A DNA stretch of 64,000 nucleotides, taken from NCBI RefSeq assembly GCF_006345805.1, contig NC_043024.1, forward strand, positions 12,896,001 to 12,960,000, given 5' to 3'. This document shows, in pieces, positions 13,900 through 27,115 of the stretch. Every line of letters starts with the position of its first letter. The stretch's first letter is position 1. The notes beneath the pieces are model-generated. The model was given only the letters and a program-made list of their open reading frames with translations. It did not search any database and was not told the DNA's origin. A program made the translations under genes and the position numbers. The DNA is from Octopus sinensis (Eukaryota).

Positions 13900-14392
13900 C
13901 ACATACATACACACATGCATAAATACATACATACATACAAACGTATATATATATATACACACACACACACATATATATATATATACATGCAAACACCTGG
14001 GTAAATTTATGTGAATTTCCGTAAATATTTATATACGCTTCTATATGGCTACATACATCTTTACACATACACACCTACACGCGTATATACACATATACAA
14101 AATAAAACAATGACCGACGGCAAATACTTCAAAACCGTTAGTTGCATGAATACCCGTTAGACCAAGCGAGGTTTCACCAGAAATGTTTTAAAGGATAAAC
14201 ATTTGGTTTATTGAATTCTTTTTGCTTAGAGAAAAGATGAAAACCTAGCATCGATTGCCAGGAAATATGAATTTAAAAGTAAGACAACCCCTACGAGACT
14301 AGAAATCTCACGATCTGACCTGCCATTAAGAAAATAAAATGTCCCTCTTTGCTTTCGGGGCAATGGTCAATTTTTACAAATAGTTTTTTTAG

Positions 14393-14601
14393 ATCCTTTT
14401 CTACTCTAAGCACAAGGCCCGAAATTTTGGAGGAGGGGGCCAGTCGATTAGTTCGACTCCAGTACGCAACTGGTACTTAATTTATCGACCCCGAAAGGAT
14501 GAAAGACAAAGTCGACGTCGGCGGAATTTGAACTCAGAACGTAGAGACAGACGAAATACGGCTAAGCATTTCGCCCGAAGTGCTAACGTTTCTGCCAGCT
14601 C
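14393..14601 (-). mobile_element. tRNA-derived SINE family B, near intact
   Basis: Minus strand GAGCTGGCAGAAACGTTAGC..GAGTTCAAATTCC (B box)..GGGGTCGATAAATTAAGTACCAG..GGCCTTGTGCTTAGAGTAGAAAAG. Confidence 0.9.
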
Positions 14602-14879
14602 CCAGGCGACATGAATTTATTATTTGTCTTTATTGAATCCAGCCACACTTATAATTTAGAGAAAAATTGTAGAAGAGCAGTCAAAGTTAAATATAATTTG
14701 CATAATTAAACTGGAAATGTGTTAAGAGGAATAAAGTGTCATCGGATTTATATTTAAAAATCGATATTTCAGATTATTGGCTATGGATTATCAGAATCGG
14801 TAGAGTGGCAGACAAAATGCTTTGATCGTTCTTGGATTTGGTTTGTAAAATTCTTGATATGAATTCTTGCATTGAAACT

Positions 14880-14915
<36 letters not shown>

Positions 14916-15246
14916 GCTGCTGCAGCTACTACTACTACGACTACTACTGCTACTAGGTAGGGTCGCTGCGAGAAAGCCTTTTCTCATATACGTGTGTGTT
15001 CTTTTAATGCAGACAAAATGTCATACATCTCGCGGTTATCAACTGCTTCGCTTTTCGACGAATCGAGAAATAATTGATGAAATTCAAGTATCTTCAGTTT
15101 AGTTTGATGGCTCAGCGCATGACGTAACGAGGCATTTGAAAATGAAATTTGAAAATGAAAATTTGGCGCAAATATAACAAAACAACAACAAGCATTTTGA
15201 TGCCCAAGAACTTCAACAGGAAAACGAGGAAATAATTTAAAGTTGA

Positions 15247-15313
<67 letters not shown>

Positions 15314-15519
15314 AAACAGCTTGAAAGCAGTTATAAACACACATCAGATACTAATATCTGAAAATGTCAGCTGAAGAGATTAAAAGAAATAATATTTAAC
15401 AAATATTTAGCAAATTGTGTTTGGGTCTTGAATTTAAAATCTCACGCATCAGCAACATCTAAGTCTTGTTGCAGTTGATGTTGTTATGAATGGTGGGTAT
15501 GAGGGCGGCGACGGATTGG

Positions 15520-15910
15520 CTGACGGTAATGCTTTAGAAGCATCGTTAAAACTTCGGATAAATATTTAATAGTAATTAAGTACGGTGCTCTGCATTCAGA
15601 GGACAAATTTGCTGTTCATTCGTCTGGAGTTGGAGGGGTGCTTGGTATTAAATAATGCTCAATACTGGGGTCGATATAATTTATTAATCCGTCTTATCTA
15701 ACAAAAATGTCCGACTTCCACATTTGAGGGTGTGGATTCGGATAAAAGTCTTGCAAGGTTTACTTATATCTCTTTATGTTCTGCGTTCAAACCCAGGCCT
15801 TGGTCAGCTTTAGGTCCCTCCATCCGTAGTCGATAAAACAATGTAATAATTAAGTAATGGCTTGTATTTTGTGGACTGTACCAAACCTCATCACAATACG
15901 CGAAGTCCTG
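15520..15910 (+). mobile_element. Two old SINE family B copies in tandem
   Basis: Degenerate ctggggtcgat and gttctgcgttcaaa motifs. Confidence 0.5.
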
Positions 15911-15979
15911 TATCAGTTATTGGACTTATTATAGACAAGGGGAATATGTAATAATATCGAAAAGCAAATGGTGATTAGT

Positions 15980-16600
15980 TCGAATGTTTTTAGGGTGTCT
16001 TAAATTGGTGCATTAATTGAATAGAAAAGTTAGCAAATAACAATTAAAAACTGTATGGCCCTTGCTTTTGGGACGAGGATTCCGGTTTGTGAGTAGCTTC
16101 GTAGAATGTTAAAAAACATGAGTGCTACAAAAAGATCTACGATGACCTTCATGGATTGGTTCCATTTGTGAGGGGTTGAAAACTTTCCACGTTAAGAAGG
16201 CTGTCGTTCCCGTAAATTCCTCCTCCACTGCTTGGATGTGTGTGCAGTCCAACGGAGGCGACGCTTGTATGTGGGGGTCATCAATTACAATGGATCCCAT
16301 GGTGGTATTGACATTCTTAGGAAATGCATTTGGTAACCATCAGTCATCCTCAATTTCAATAATAGTACTCCTTGCTGCAATGATTGCAAATGATCTGAAG
16401 TGTTCGTATTGAAATAGCAGAAATTTTTCGTGCAAATTTTAAAGAGGTGATTAGAGGAATGAGAGATATAGAACTGCATGTGAATGTCGAACTGCCCCTT
16501 AATTTTAGGTTTATAAAGCAATCTGGTATTTCAGTATAAGCTGATGCACAAGCACGTTCCTCTGAGTTCACTGCATCTTATTGCAGAAACAGCTGGAAGC
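15980..16600 (-). mobile_element. CR1/L2-like LINE 3' remnant, highly decayed
   Basis: Minus translation has EGH (like TRGH) and ends with SINAPI*DTLKTFEL (like SLNSFKxxL); many stops. Confidence 0.4.
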
Positions 16601-16707
16601 TAATGAAACTCACTGCATAATTTCCAGTTTATTTGTGATTTCTTTAATTTCATACATACACACACACACACACATACATACATACATGTATGTGTTTGTG
16701 CGTGTAC

Positions 16708-16922
16708 ACGAGAATGTGCTGAACAGTTCCTAGCCGTAAGCATGTCGGGAGAGGCTTGACAGGAGTTCCTAAATTCCGAGTTCTTTTACATGGCTTAGAA
16801 AAGTTAAAGGAGCACTGAAATGTGTGAATCTGAGAGGAGTATATGTTGAATAAAATCATAATCAACTGATACTCCTGTATTTTCTTTCAGCCAGATCTAG
16901 GCATTTGCCAGCACTCCCTCGT
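16708..16922 (+). mobile_element. Mariner-derived MITE
   Basis: Degenerate TIRs of the CGAGGGGTGCTGAAAAGTTCC type; retains the mariner C-terminus KCVNLRGVYVE*; second copy at 29304-29496. Confidence 0.7.
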
Positions 16923-17497
16923 CTGTTCTTCTGTTCAGTTTTCGGTTTAAGTCAACTGAAATGAGAACATGCTGGAACATCGCTGTCGTGTTCTGAGCCA
17001 TCGTTGTAATTATTTCAATTGGGTAAAAAAAAGAAATGCCTGAGTTTTATTCTCCCGTTTAACAAAATGACTAATAGAACTATGTGGCATAAATTGACGA
17101 AAATCGAAACAATGTTATTCATCCCCACATCAACACACATACACACACGCGCATGCACGCACGCACACACACAGAGAACATAGCACAAAGAGATATCTAT
17201 GAAAAGCATAAATACTAACACTAAGCTATCCATTATGGTAAAATCTTAATTATGGTCCGCTTTACGTTAATTGAATATTTCATGACACCGTTAGACGAAA
17301 GAGAAGAAAATTAGGTACATCTCCTCTGAAAAGTGGTCAACAAACTATGAAGCTTTTTGTCAGGAGTCTCACCTCTCCCACAAATCGACAACCGAGCTAT
17401 AATATGTTTACATCATTAAATTTCTTCTCACAGCTAGGCTTTCTGATAAGTGAATGTATTTCACTCCCAGTGACCCACGTTATGCTGTGTATTATAT

Positions 17498-17676
17498 CTT
17501 CTTCTTCTTCTTCTTCTTCTTGAACAGCATTCACCCGGGGTGGGTTGAGCTGGCTTCATTCATCTTCAATGCTGCATCTCTCACAAACGCCGACCAGGCC
17601 TGGCGATTTGAGGCTAACGACCGCGGGATCTCCAACCACTCCTCATTCCAGCGGTACGACACCAGTGCAGAAATGC
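17498..17676 (-). mobile_element. RTE LINE 3' end with (AAG)n tail
   Basis: Minus translation RWNEEWLEIPRSLASNRQAWSAFVRDAALKMNEASSTHPG*, then (AAG)n. Confidence 0.75.
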
Positions 17677-17714
17677 GTATTATATCAATGTCTGTACATT
17701 TATTTATATGTGTA

Positions 17715-18014
17715 CTAGCAGTATCGCCCGGCGTTGCTCGGGTTGTAAAGGAAATAACTATATAAGCATTTTTAGAGAGTTACTTCCCTTATATAATAGC
17801 AAAAAAATGCATTAAAAATGGGAAAACATTATGGTAATTTTTTTTTTAATCGTAGACTCATCGTAGACGCGCGCTAATACCCAGAAGGGCTCGATATGAA
17901 TCACGACTATAAGATACACGCTTTTGGTTAAATTGCACCGCAAAATGTGGGAGTAGTTAGGAATCTAAATCGTAGGAGACAGAGACTCACACAACTTCAC
18001 TTTTATATATGTGA
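17715..18014 (-). mobile_element. Non-autonomous Helitron
   Basis: Minus-strand 3' end ..ACCCGAGCAACGCCGGGCGATACTG-CTAG|T with subterminal hairpin; 5' end TC..ATATATAAAAG. Confidence 0.75.
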
Positions 18015-18198
18015 ATATATCTAGAACTATACTCACACAGAAACACACATATTTTAGAGGGTCAAAAATCGAGAAAAAAGATATAAAGAGAGTGAGTTTT
18101 TAGCTCAATTCCATGCAACAGATCCTGAACTTTAGTTTTCACAGTATTACGTATCTGGACCACAACGTAGGTTTACTCCACGTTGGACACCAAGAGGA

Positions 18199-18231
<33 letters not shown>

Positions 18232-18639
18232 TGTGTGTGTGTGTGTGTGTGCGCTCATATATGTGTGTGTGTGAGAGACAGAGAGAGTTTATTGCTGATG
18301 ACAACATTCTGTTAACTTAACAATAATACAATTCGAAGGATTCAATTATTGCCAGCAATTCTAAGTGTAATCAAAGAACAGAGAGATAGGGGAGGGAGGG
18401 GGAGAGAGACAGAAAGAGAGAATGAGGAAAAAGAGAGAGTAAGAGCTAGAGAGGGAGAAAGGCGACACTATTGAATTTCTTCTTTCGTTGTAAGTGAAGA
18501 GTGAAAAACTGACATCGAATGCCTCAAATTTCTTTTAATGTCTTCATATAAAAGAGCTCTATAAAGGGACATAATTATAACATGAAACGTGACATTTATT
18601 CTTTCAACTACCTCAGATCAAATAGCTGAAACAACAACG

Positions 18640-18649
18640 ACACTACCAA

Positions 18650-18681
<32 letters not shown>

Positions 18682-18795
18682 ATAATAATAATAATAATGT
18701 AATAATAATAATAAAATAATTATATAATGAGAATAATAATAATAATGATGATAATAATAATAATAATAATAATAATTAATATTAATATTATTATC
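18640..18795. repeat. (ACT)n/(AAT)n trinucleotide tract
   Basis: Direct observation. Confidence 0.95.
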
Positions 18796-19246
18796 AGCAT
18801 TTTGAATCATTAGCCGCTGCTGGACAAAAGCAGTCGTGCAATGCTCTATCTATGCCTTGCGGTATTATTTCTTGTGGTCTGGATGTAATAAGATCAAATT
18901 CCGGCTCGAAGCGGCTGTCTTCTCATCCTCCCCAGGGTTTGGTCTAAATCTAGAATATTGTTGATTACGTAGTCTCATTTCCCCGGCCTATATTCCTTTG
19001 GTGATGTAGTCGTGTTTGATAAATGGTAATACCACCACCATCACCAACAATGCCACCACCACACCACCACCACCACCACCACCACCACCACTATCATCAC
19101 CATCATCAATATCATCATCATCGGAACGGCGGGGGAAATGCCACAAGGCATTTCTGCTGACGTTCTGATGATTTGTCCGACAACCTACGTTCTGAGTTCA
19201 TTTCCCGCGGGGGAAATTAGCTGGTTATCCTTTTGGGGACGACAAA

Positions 19247-19302
<56 letters not shown>

Positions 19303-19597
19303 TTTGTGTGTGTGTGTGAGTGTGCACGCGCGAGTGTATGTGTGCGTGTTCAGATTAAGTAAAGACTATTTCGAAGTGTTGGTTGAATTTCCATTTATGA
19401 CAGAACTCTTTGTATCATATATCAATATATATATATAAAAGGAAAAATATACAATGTAGGAAAATTATGGAAACTTTTCTACCAGTAGCCTAGCATACAG
19501 AAAATAGTCAACAGACTACAGCCGACCAAAGCCTTGTGAGTGGATTATGTAGACGGAAATTATATTGATGGCGAGCTGGCAGAAACGTTAGCGCGCC

Positions 19598-19697
19598 NNN
19601 NNNNNNNNNNNNNNNNNNNNNNNNNNNNNNNNNNNNNNNNNNNNNNNNNNNNNNNNNNNNNNNNNNNNNNNNNNNNNNNNNNNNNNNNNNNNNNNNN
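19598..19697. other. Assembly gap (100 N)
   Basis: Run of N that truncates a SINE B head at 19569-19597. Confidence 1.
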
Positions 19698-20718
19698 ATG
19701 TATGTATGCGTATATGCTTATATATATGTATGTATCTATATATTTTATATATTGTATTATAATAGGTAAATATATATGTATATATATATATATATATAAA
19801 GAGACAGATATTTGTGCATACGTATATAGACATACGTACATATATATGTATACATATATAGACATACGTACAAACGTATGTATAAATATATATTCATATA
19901 TATATTTATATAAATATATTATATATATATATAAATTTCACACGCACACATCGATCTCTGTCCCATACATTCATAATGAATACATATACGTATATACAAA
20001 CACATATGTATATATACCTACACGCACACACACAGAAACAGGCAAACATATATACATACATATATATATATATATATTTATTTATATATATATGTATATA
20101 TATACACATACATATAATAGACACAGTGAGTCTTGTACGTCCGTTCCCCACATTCTCCTCTTCATTATTTAGCTGTATTGATTCCCCAACCAAACCTAAT
20201 ATAATCAGCCACCCATGTCATCGGATATTTCATTTTCTTTTCTTCCATTGATGCTACACACTAGAAGGGATGGCATTTCTAGAGAATAGCTGCTCTAAAT
20301 ATGCACCAGTTATCATAACACTTCCTCAGATTTTGACATCATCGCTGTTTTGCTATAGAAGGATTTTTTGCTTTGGTATTATTTTTTTATAGTATTTTTT
20401 TTGGAGAAAGTAATATAACAATATAAGCTTTCGCTGCCATATTTTTGTAGTTTTTTTCTTTCTTTTAAGCGTGTGAGTCTGTTTGAGTGAAAATGACAGC
20501 GAGAGGAATGACAAGGGAGACAAAGCAGTTATTAGAGGACGACCATACATAGCTCTCGTATACTGAGATACATTGCTATATACATGCATATACGGACGTA
20601 TGTGTGTGTGTGTATGTGTGTGTATTTACATGTATATATATGTCTGTATATATATATATATATATATGTGCATGATTGTATATATATATATATGTATATA
20701 AAATTATAAATGCATGTT

Positions 20719-20749
<31 letters not shown>

Positions 20750-20974
20750 TATATATATATGTATATAATCTATATAGATATGCATGTTTATATATATATA
20801 TGTATATAAATATATATATATATGCATGTTTATATATATATTTATGTAAATATATATATGCATGTTTGTATATATTATTTATGTAATATATATATATGCA
20901 TGTTTGTATATATATATTTATGTAAATATATATATATGCATGTTTATATATATTATATATATATATATAGTATC

Positions 20975-21005
<31 letters not shown>

Positions 21006-21096
21006 TGTATCTATATATATATAATATATATGTATGTTTGTATATATATAAGTATATATATATACATATGCATGTTTGTATGTATATATGCATGTT

Positions 21097-21157
<61 letters not shown>

Positions 21158-21390
21158 TTTATTTAAACAGCAGAAAAATTCAACAAAACCTGTTACTCTG
21201 AGTTTCCCGTTGCCGTTCATCGGACAGTTTTTGCTAGATTCTAATCAAAAACTGTCCGATGAACGGCAACGGGAAACTCATAACAGGTTTTGTTGAATTT
21301 TCTGCTGCTTTAAATAAGGCATTTACTCTATACCACTGGTATTTGAGTACTCTTTTTTCCACCTTGTTTCACATTTATGTGTTTACCTCC

Positions 21391-21392
<2 letters not shown>
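21158..21392 (+). mobile_element. Fold-back PLE pLTR remnant with two hammerhead copies
   Basis: Inverted arms ~21159-21233 and 21246-21317, unique tail to 21392, both ends in (TA)n; same family as 48393-48663. Confidence 0.8.
21190..21227 (-). ncRNA. Minimal type-I hammerhead ribozyme (U4C variant)
   Basis: CTGT CCGATGA ACG-GCAA-CGG GAAA CTC-A-GAG TA ACAG. Confidence 0.7.
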
Positions 21393-21430
<38 letters not shown>

Positions 21431-21444
21431 TATATATATACATT

Positions 21445-21590
21445 CGTTCAGTATCAGTCTACCATATTCATCCACAAGGCTTTGGTAGGCCTTAAAACTA
21501 TAGTAGAAGACACTTGCACAAGGTACGATGCTGTCAGTACCATGTTGTTGGTAGCAGACTTCTTACCACACAGCCATAACTTTGCTCCAC
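21445..21590 (-). mobile_element. SINE family A 5' fragment
   Basis: cacaaggctttggt..tatagtagaagacacttgc..accacacagcca. Confidence 0.75.
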
Positions 21591-21966
21591 ATATATATAT
21601 ACATATGTGTGTGTGTGCGTGTGTGTGGGTGCGTGTGTGTATGTGTACGTATGTATACTATATATACTGCATCTATCTATATATAATCTCTACATATATT
21701 TGATATAAATCGTATCACGCCCATACCGACTATACCTATATCATATTGCTCTTTAAGCACATTGCTGATTAGCCTAATACTTCATTCCTGATAATTTCGT
21801 TAACGTATTAGTTCGAATTAATTTGGATTAATTTCATTGAAATAGGTCTCACAGTTATGCAGTTGTAGAATTGGTGTTATTTAACTTAATGTATCAGTTA
21901 CTGACTGCAATGTAAATATGAACTTTATGAGACATTTATGCTTTTCTACTGTTGCACTTTAATTAT

Positions 21967-22167
21967 AAGTGCTTTTCAAACTTTTTGCTGGAGCGGAACC
22001 CCCAGGAAACATTCCACTGGCTCGGGAAAGCCCTGTGCAATAATTTAATAGTCTTATGCACACATATCTGCACAGGAGAATTAAAAATTACTGCCGATTT
22101 TAGCAGTTTTGTAACTTCTTGCGGAACCCCTGGACTGTACTGGCGGAACCCTGGTTGAAAACCACTA
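21967..22167. mobile_element. hAT-type MITE
   Basis: TIR-like AGTGCTTTTCAAAC / GGTTGAAAACCACT and three subterminal GCGGAACCC repeats. Confidence 0.65.
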
Positions 22168-22227
22168 TAACCGATGCAGTAGATATATAAACAGACGTGT
22201 GGGTGTGCGTGTGTGTATGTGTGTAAG

Positions 22228-22660
22228 AGGAAAAGGACAACAAAATCCAAGGCAGCACGAGTATTTCAAGTCACTTATAATAATTTAATTAGGATAAGGT
22301 CAATTTGATGTCTTACAGCTGTTTCTGGGATTTCCCAAGTGATAGACTAGCTTGTCCGGACACTGGGTATTCCGTCATCACTCAGCGTACAGACATGCTA
22401 GCTTATCCCTCGGGATAAGATTTCAAATTAACCTTATCCTAAATAAATTATTCTAAATGACTTGAGATACTCGTGCTGCCTTGGTTTTTCTTGTCCTTTT
22501 CCTATAATGTATTCCTGCTGACAGAGAAGCCTAATACGGATCCCTAGCTCCAGCCTCACCTGTTAACTTGGAATCTAAGGGATGAGCAATTATAGCATTT
22601 CCTCAGCGTACCTATTCGTTTAGATCACCAGTGAACTAAACCCCTCCTATCCTACATTTT
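22228..22660 (+). mobile_element. Fold-back PLE pLTR remnant (third family)
   Basis: ~80-bp inverted arms 22228-22308 and 22423-22503; minus-strand TGATGA..long stem..GAAACAGCTGTA; ends in (TA)n. Confidence 0.65.
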
Positions 22661-22687
22661 ATATATATATATATATATACGTGTACA

Positions 22688-23076
22688 GGTGCAGGAGTGG
22701 CTGTGTGGTAAGTAGTTTGCTTCCCAGCCATATGGTTCCGGGATCAGTCCCACTGCGTGGCACCTTGGGCAAGTGTCTTCTACTATAGCCTCGGGCCTAC
22801 CAAAGACTTGTGAGTGGATTTGGTAGATAGAAACTGAAAGAAGCCCGTCGTATATATTTATATATGTATATGTGTCTTCTATGTATGTTTGTGTTTCTAT
22901 ATTTGTCCCCCGCCATCGCTTGACAACGGATGTTGGTGTGTTTACGTCTCGGCAAAAACACCGATAGAATAAGTACTAGCCTTACAAGGAATAAGTTCCA
23001 GGGTCGATTTGTTCGACTAAAGGCGGTGCTCCAGCATTACCGCAGTCAAATGACTGAAACAAAAGAATAAAAGAAT
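22688..23076 (+). mobile_element. SINE family A, full length
   Basis: Colinear with 11338-11757. Confidence 0.92.
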
Positions 23077-23461
23077 ATATATATATACATATATATACAT
23101 GCATACATTCTATATATATATATATATATGTACATACATACACAAACATTTACATGTGTAGTGACAGATGCCAAGCAAAAGATGATGAATGGACTGTAAG
23201 ATTGAGTAGAGTATTCCACATCCACTCAGTGACTCTTATTCTCCGCTCCCCTCCCCATTACATACAGTAGCCAAGATCTTTTGTGGTACGAGCGTGCTCT
23301 ATTACATTATTACGAAGTTTAGTTATTCCCAAATGTAGGTCTCCTTAAATGTTCCATTTCTGCATTCATACTCGCCTGGATTCAAAATATTTATGGCATA
23401 CAGAAAATATGTATAGGATCTGCCAAACTGTAACACCTCAAAGATTCAATAATATTATTTT

Positions 23462-23503
<42 letters not shown>

Positions 23504-23565
23504 CTGGCAGAAACAGCGCGCCGGACGAAATGCTTACCAGTATTTCGCCTATGTGTATGTTTTGT

Positions 23566-23728
23566 GGGACAGGAGTGGCTGTGTGGTAGGTAGCTTGCTT
23601 ACTAACCAAATGGTTTCGGGTTCAATCCCACTGCCTGGCATCATGGGCAAGTCTCTTTTACTATAGGCGCGGGCCCTCCAAAAACTCGTGAGTGGATTAG
23701 GTATGCGGAATCTGAAAGACGCCCGTCG

Positions 23729-23826
<98 letters not shown>

Positions 23827-24145
23827 GTGTGTGTATGTGTATATATGTGTGTGTGTGTGTATGTGTGTATATATATATATATGTGTGTGTATGTGTATAT
23901 ATATATATATATATACGTGGGTGTGTTTGTGTGTCTGTGTTTGTATCCCCAACATCGCTTGACAACGGATGCTGGTGTGTTTACGTCCCCGTAACTTGGC
24001 GGTTCGGCAAAAAGACCGTTATAACAAGTACTAGGCTTACAAAGAATAAGTCCTGGGGTCGATTTGCTCGACTAAAGGCGGTGCTCCAGCATGGCCACAG
24101 ACAAATGGCTGAAACAAGGAAAAGAATAAAAGAGTAAAAGAGAAT
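23566..24145 (+). mobile_element. SINE family A with expanded internal microsatellite
   Basis: Colinear with 11338-11757; preceded by a SINE B head at 23501-23555. Confidence 0.9.
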
Positions 24146-25964
24146 ATGTATGTGTGTACGTGTGTGTGTGTGTGTGTGTGTTTGTGCTTGAGTGAGTGTA
24201 CATTTCTGTGGATACTTATATGCTATCGTTTCTATTCTTCATTTAAAGATTCGCTGATAAAATTTCCCTTCACTTTCAAATCTTAGACATTCTAAACATT
24301 TTAAGACAGTATGTGTATCGCAGTTATTTAGCTCGAGGTGTTTATTGCTCGAGCAGCAGATGACACGCAAGCGCATCCCTCATTTTACCAAGAACCACTT
24401 CATATCTCACACATTTTACACAACACACACATCGTTTATTTTAATTTTCAAACAGCATGCACTTCACACATCAAACACATTGCACATAAGAAGCACAGCT
24501 TCAGAACCTATATTTTTCACAAAACATGGATCACGTCTTTCACAACAGCACACCTTCCTCTCGTCTCCTCACACCTACATGTCATCTTCACAGCACATAA
24601 TTCATATCTCACAATACGCTATGACATTATACTAATCCGCTGTAAACATTTGACATTAGGCAAAAATAATCTGTTGCCCAGCTGTGCTCTCTTAGAGAAA
24701 AATTAAGATCTTTTATTCCTCGTGGCTGCTCATTTATGCGAACCAATTTGAAGAATTTGCCTTCCTAAAAATCAACCTTAATTTTTTTTTTCGAAAAAAA
24801 AAGAACCCCCAAAAACATGGAAAGAAAAAATTAAAAATGAAAATAAATCGAACAATGAAAAACAATATTTAAAAACAAAAACACCAAAGAAATTAGAAAA
24901 CAAGCAAAAACTAAGAAAGCACAAATCCAGAAAATTCTATGAATTTCAATTTTAATTAATTTTTTTATTAACATTATGGTGAAGTTTTGAGTTTCTTTTT
25001 AAATATTTCTTGTCAAGTTTTCCATTAGATTCTGTCAATTACAAAGTTGAATTTCATTCTTTACTCGATTTTCGATTTTTATTTTATGTTTTCTAAGTCG
25101 GGGGTGGGGGAGTAATTTTATTTTTAGCGATTCTTGCGTTATGTCACTTCGTTTTTAATTCATCGTGATTTTCGTTCCTAGTTTTGTAGCATTTCTTTAG
25201 CTTAAACTTTAAACAATGGAATAATGATGATGAAAATAAAGTTGATGTATTTATTAATTATTTCGTCTTTGCAATTTAATAATAAAAATTGTTTCTTTGT
25301 AGTAAGGAAGAAATAATATTAAAAAAATTCCCTTATACGTCGTTTGTGACTTTCAAGTGTTTTAATGGATAACGTGTATTTCTCCTTCTGGAACAAATTA
25401 TCTTAAATAATTGCAAGAACGATTATACGGGAAGTGGAATTGCTCCCCATCAAATCAATCATAAACGTTTTGGGTAACCCCTAAAGAATAGTCTAAACAA
25501 CAATACAATTCTTCTTACAGGAGTGCAGAGAAGAGGAACTCGCCTAACCTATCTAATTACGTACAGCACTTGAAATAATGTGTAACTCCATTTGACATTA
25601 AGTTGAAAAGACGCATAAAATACTGGCGATACAGAGTTGGCACAAAACATATATACGGGTTATTCATATGGGATAAAAGCCAAATGTTCAACATCTATGA
25701 ATAAATCCACATAATATATACATCCATGATCGGAGATATGTACCAAAAAGTACTAATTTAAAATAAAAAAGAAATATTGAGGCACTGGAAATACTGATCC
25801 ATTCAACGTGTGAGAGAATGCATCAATACCTACAATTTTACCGGAAGCAAAATCTCTTTTTCTCTCATCAGTATCAACCAATACAAGACGATTCCGATCT
25901 ATAATTTCTACCATTTCAAACGTCTTTTTCGGAACCAAACTATGTGATTTAACTATAAGTATAT

Positions 25965-26145
25965 AATTTTCTAATCTAGGCACAAGGCCAGAAATTTTGG
26001 GGGAAGGGGCCAATCGATCAGATGGACCCCAGTACGCAACTAGTACTTACTTTTCGACCTCGGAAGGATGAAATGCAAAGCCGACCTCGGCGGAAGTTGA
26101 ACTCAGAACGCAAAGACAAACGATATATAGCTAAGTATTTTGCTT
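25965..26145 (-). mobile_element. SINE family B
   Basis: Colinear with 14393-14601. Confidence 0.85.
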
Positions 26146-26319
26146 GATAACTAAGTATATCAATACAGTACATATTCAATCCAAACGACAATAACCCTTT
26201 CTTATATGTAGTGATTTACACTCTTTATCATATTTCAAAATCTAAAATGCAACGCATGACACCTTGCAAAAAAGAAATGAATTTCAAATATTTCACTGGT
26301 GTTCGATTAGCTACATGTA

Positions 26320-27115
26320 CAGAGTGTCCCAAAATTAAGGCAATCGAAGTTTCGGGCTTTAATAATTATCAACAGATGTGATAAGATATAAAACTTATAC
26401 AACATTTTAAAAGCTTAGTGTGTCTTCTGTTTGTTTCAGACGAAACAAATTCAGATTTAAAAATTAGATGATGGCTATAGACCGAAATACAATCACAACC
26501 CTCCACAAAGAAGGCAAAGCAATATAGCTATAGCAAAAAAGCTTAAGACTAACCGAACAACAGTCTGGAAAATGGTCAAAAAATTTCAAGAGACGGGTTC
26601 CATCGTTGATCGACCTGGACGTGTTGGAAAAAGAAGTGTGCAGACCCGGCAACCTATAAAAAGTAATAGAGAAAAGATACGGTGAAATCCAGGTCGTTCC
26701 GCCAGAAAACTGACTGACACAGCAAAAGTAAGCTGAACATCGATGTATCGAGTACTGAAGGAGGACTCACGACCCAGACCCGACAAGATGATCCGCCGTC
26801 ATGACCTCACGCGAGTTTATGCAGCCATGAGACTTGAGAGAATTTGTCTTCTCGTGTATCAGAGTGCTAAAGGCAAGCTTCTCAGCATGACGTTCACTGA
26901 AAAGATATTTGGCATGGAACAGACTGTAATAATTCAAAATAACAGAATTTGAAGTGTTTATGGCTCCGCCGAGGATAAATCGACATAACAATCCATAGTG
27001 GGTTATGGTTTGGGCGGCTGTGACAGCCACTGGAAGGTCTCTCAGCCTTTTTGTGTCCTCGGGTGTTTAATTTTAACACCAGCGATACATAAGCGACGTT
27101 CTACAAGCCCAACTG
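26320..27115 (+). mobile_element. Tc1/mariner superfamily (maT/DD37D-like) transposon, 3'-truncated
   Basis: TA followed by left TIR CAGAGTGTCCCAAAATT, then a disrupted transposase. Confidence 0.85.
26471..27115 (+). pseudogene. maT/DD37D-like transposase pseudogene
   Basis: MAIDRNTITTLHKEG../..IAKKLKTNRTTVWKMVKKFQETGSIVDRPGR (HTH), NPGRSARKL, EKIFGMEQ..QNNRI, VMVWAAVTATGRS; frameshifts and stops. Confidence 0.85.

Noticed and set aside
15370-15392. CTGAAGA...GAAA hammerhead-like spacing
   Set aside because: Stems I, II and III cannot form
19540-20172. 210-aa ORF
   Set aside because: It spans the N gap and microsatellite
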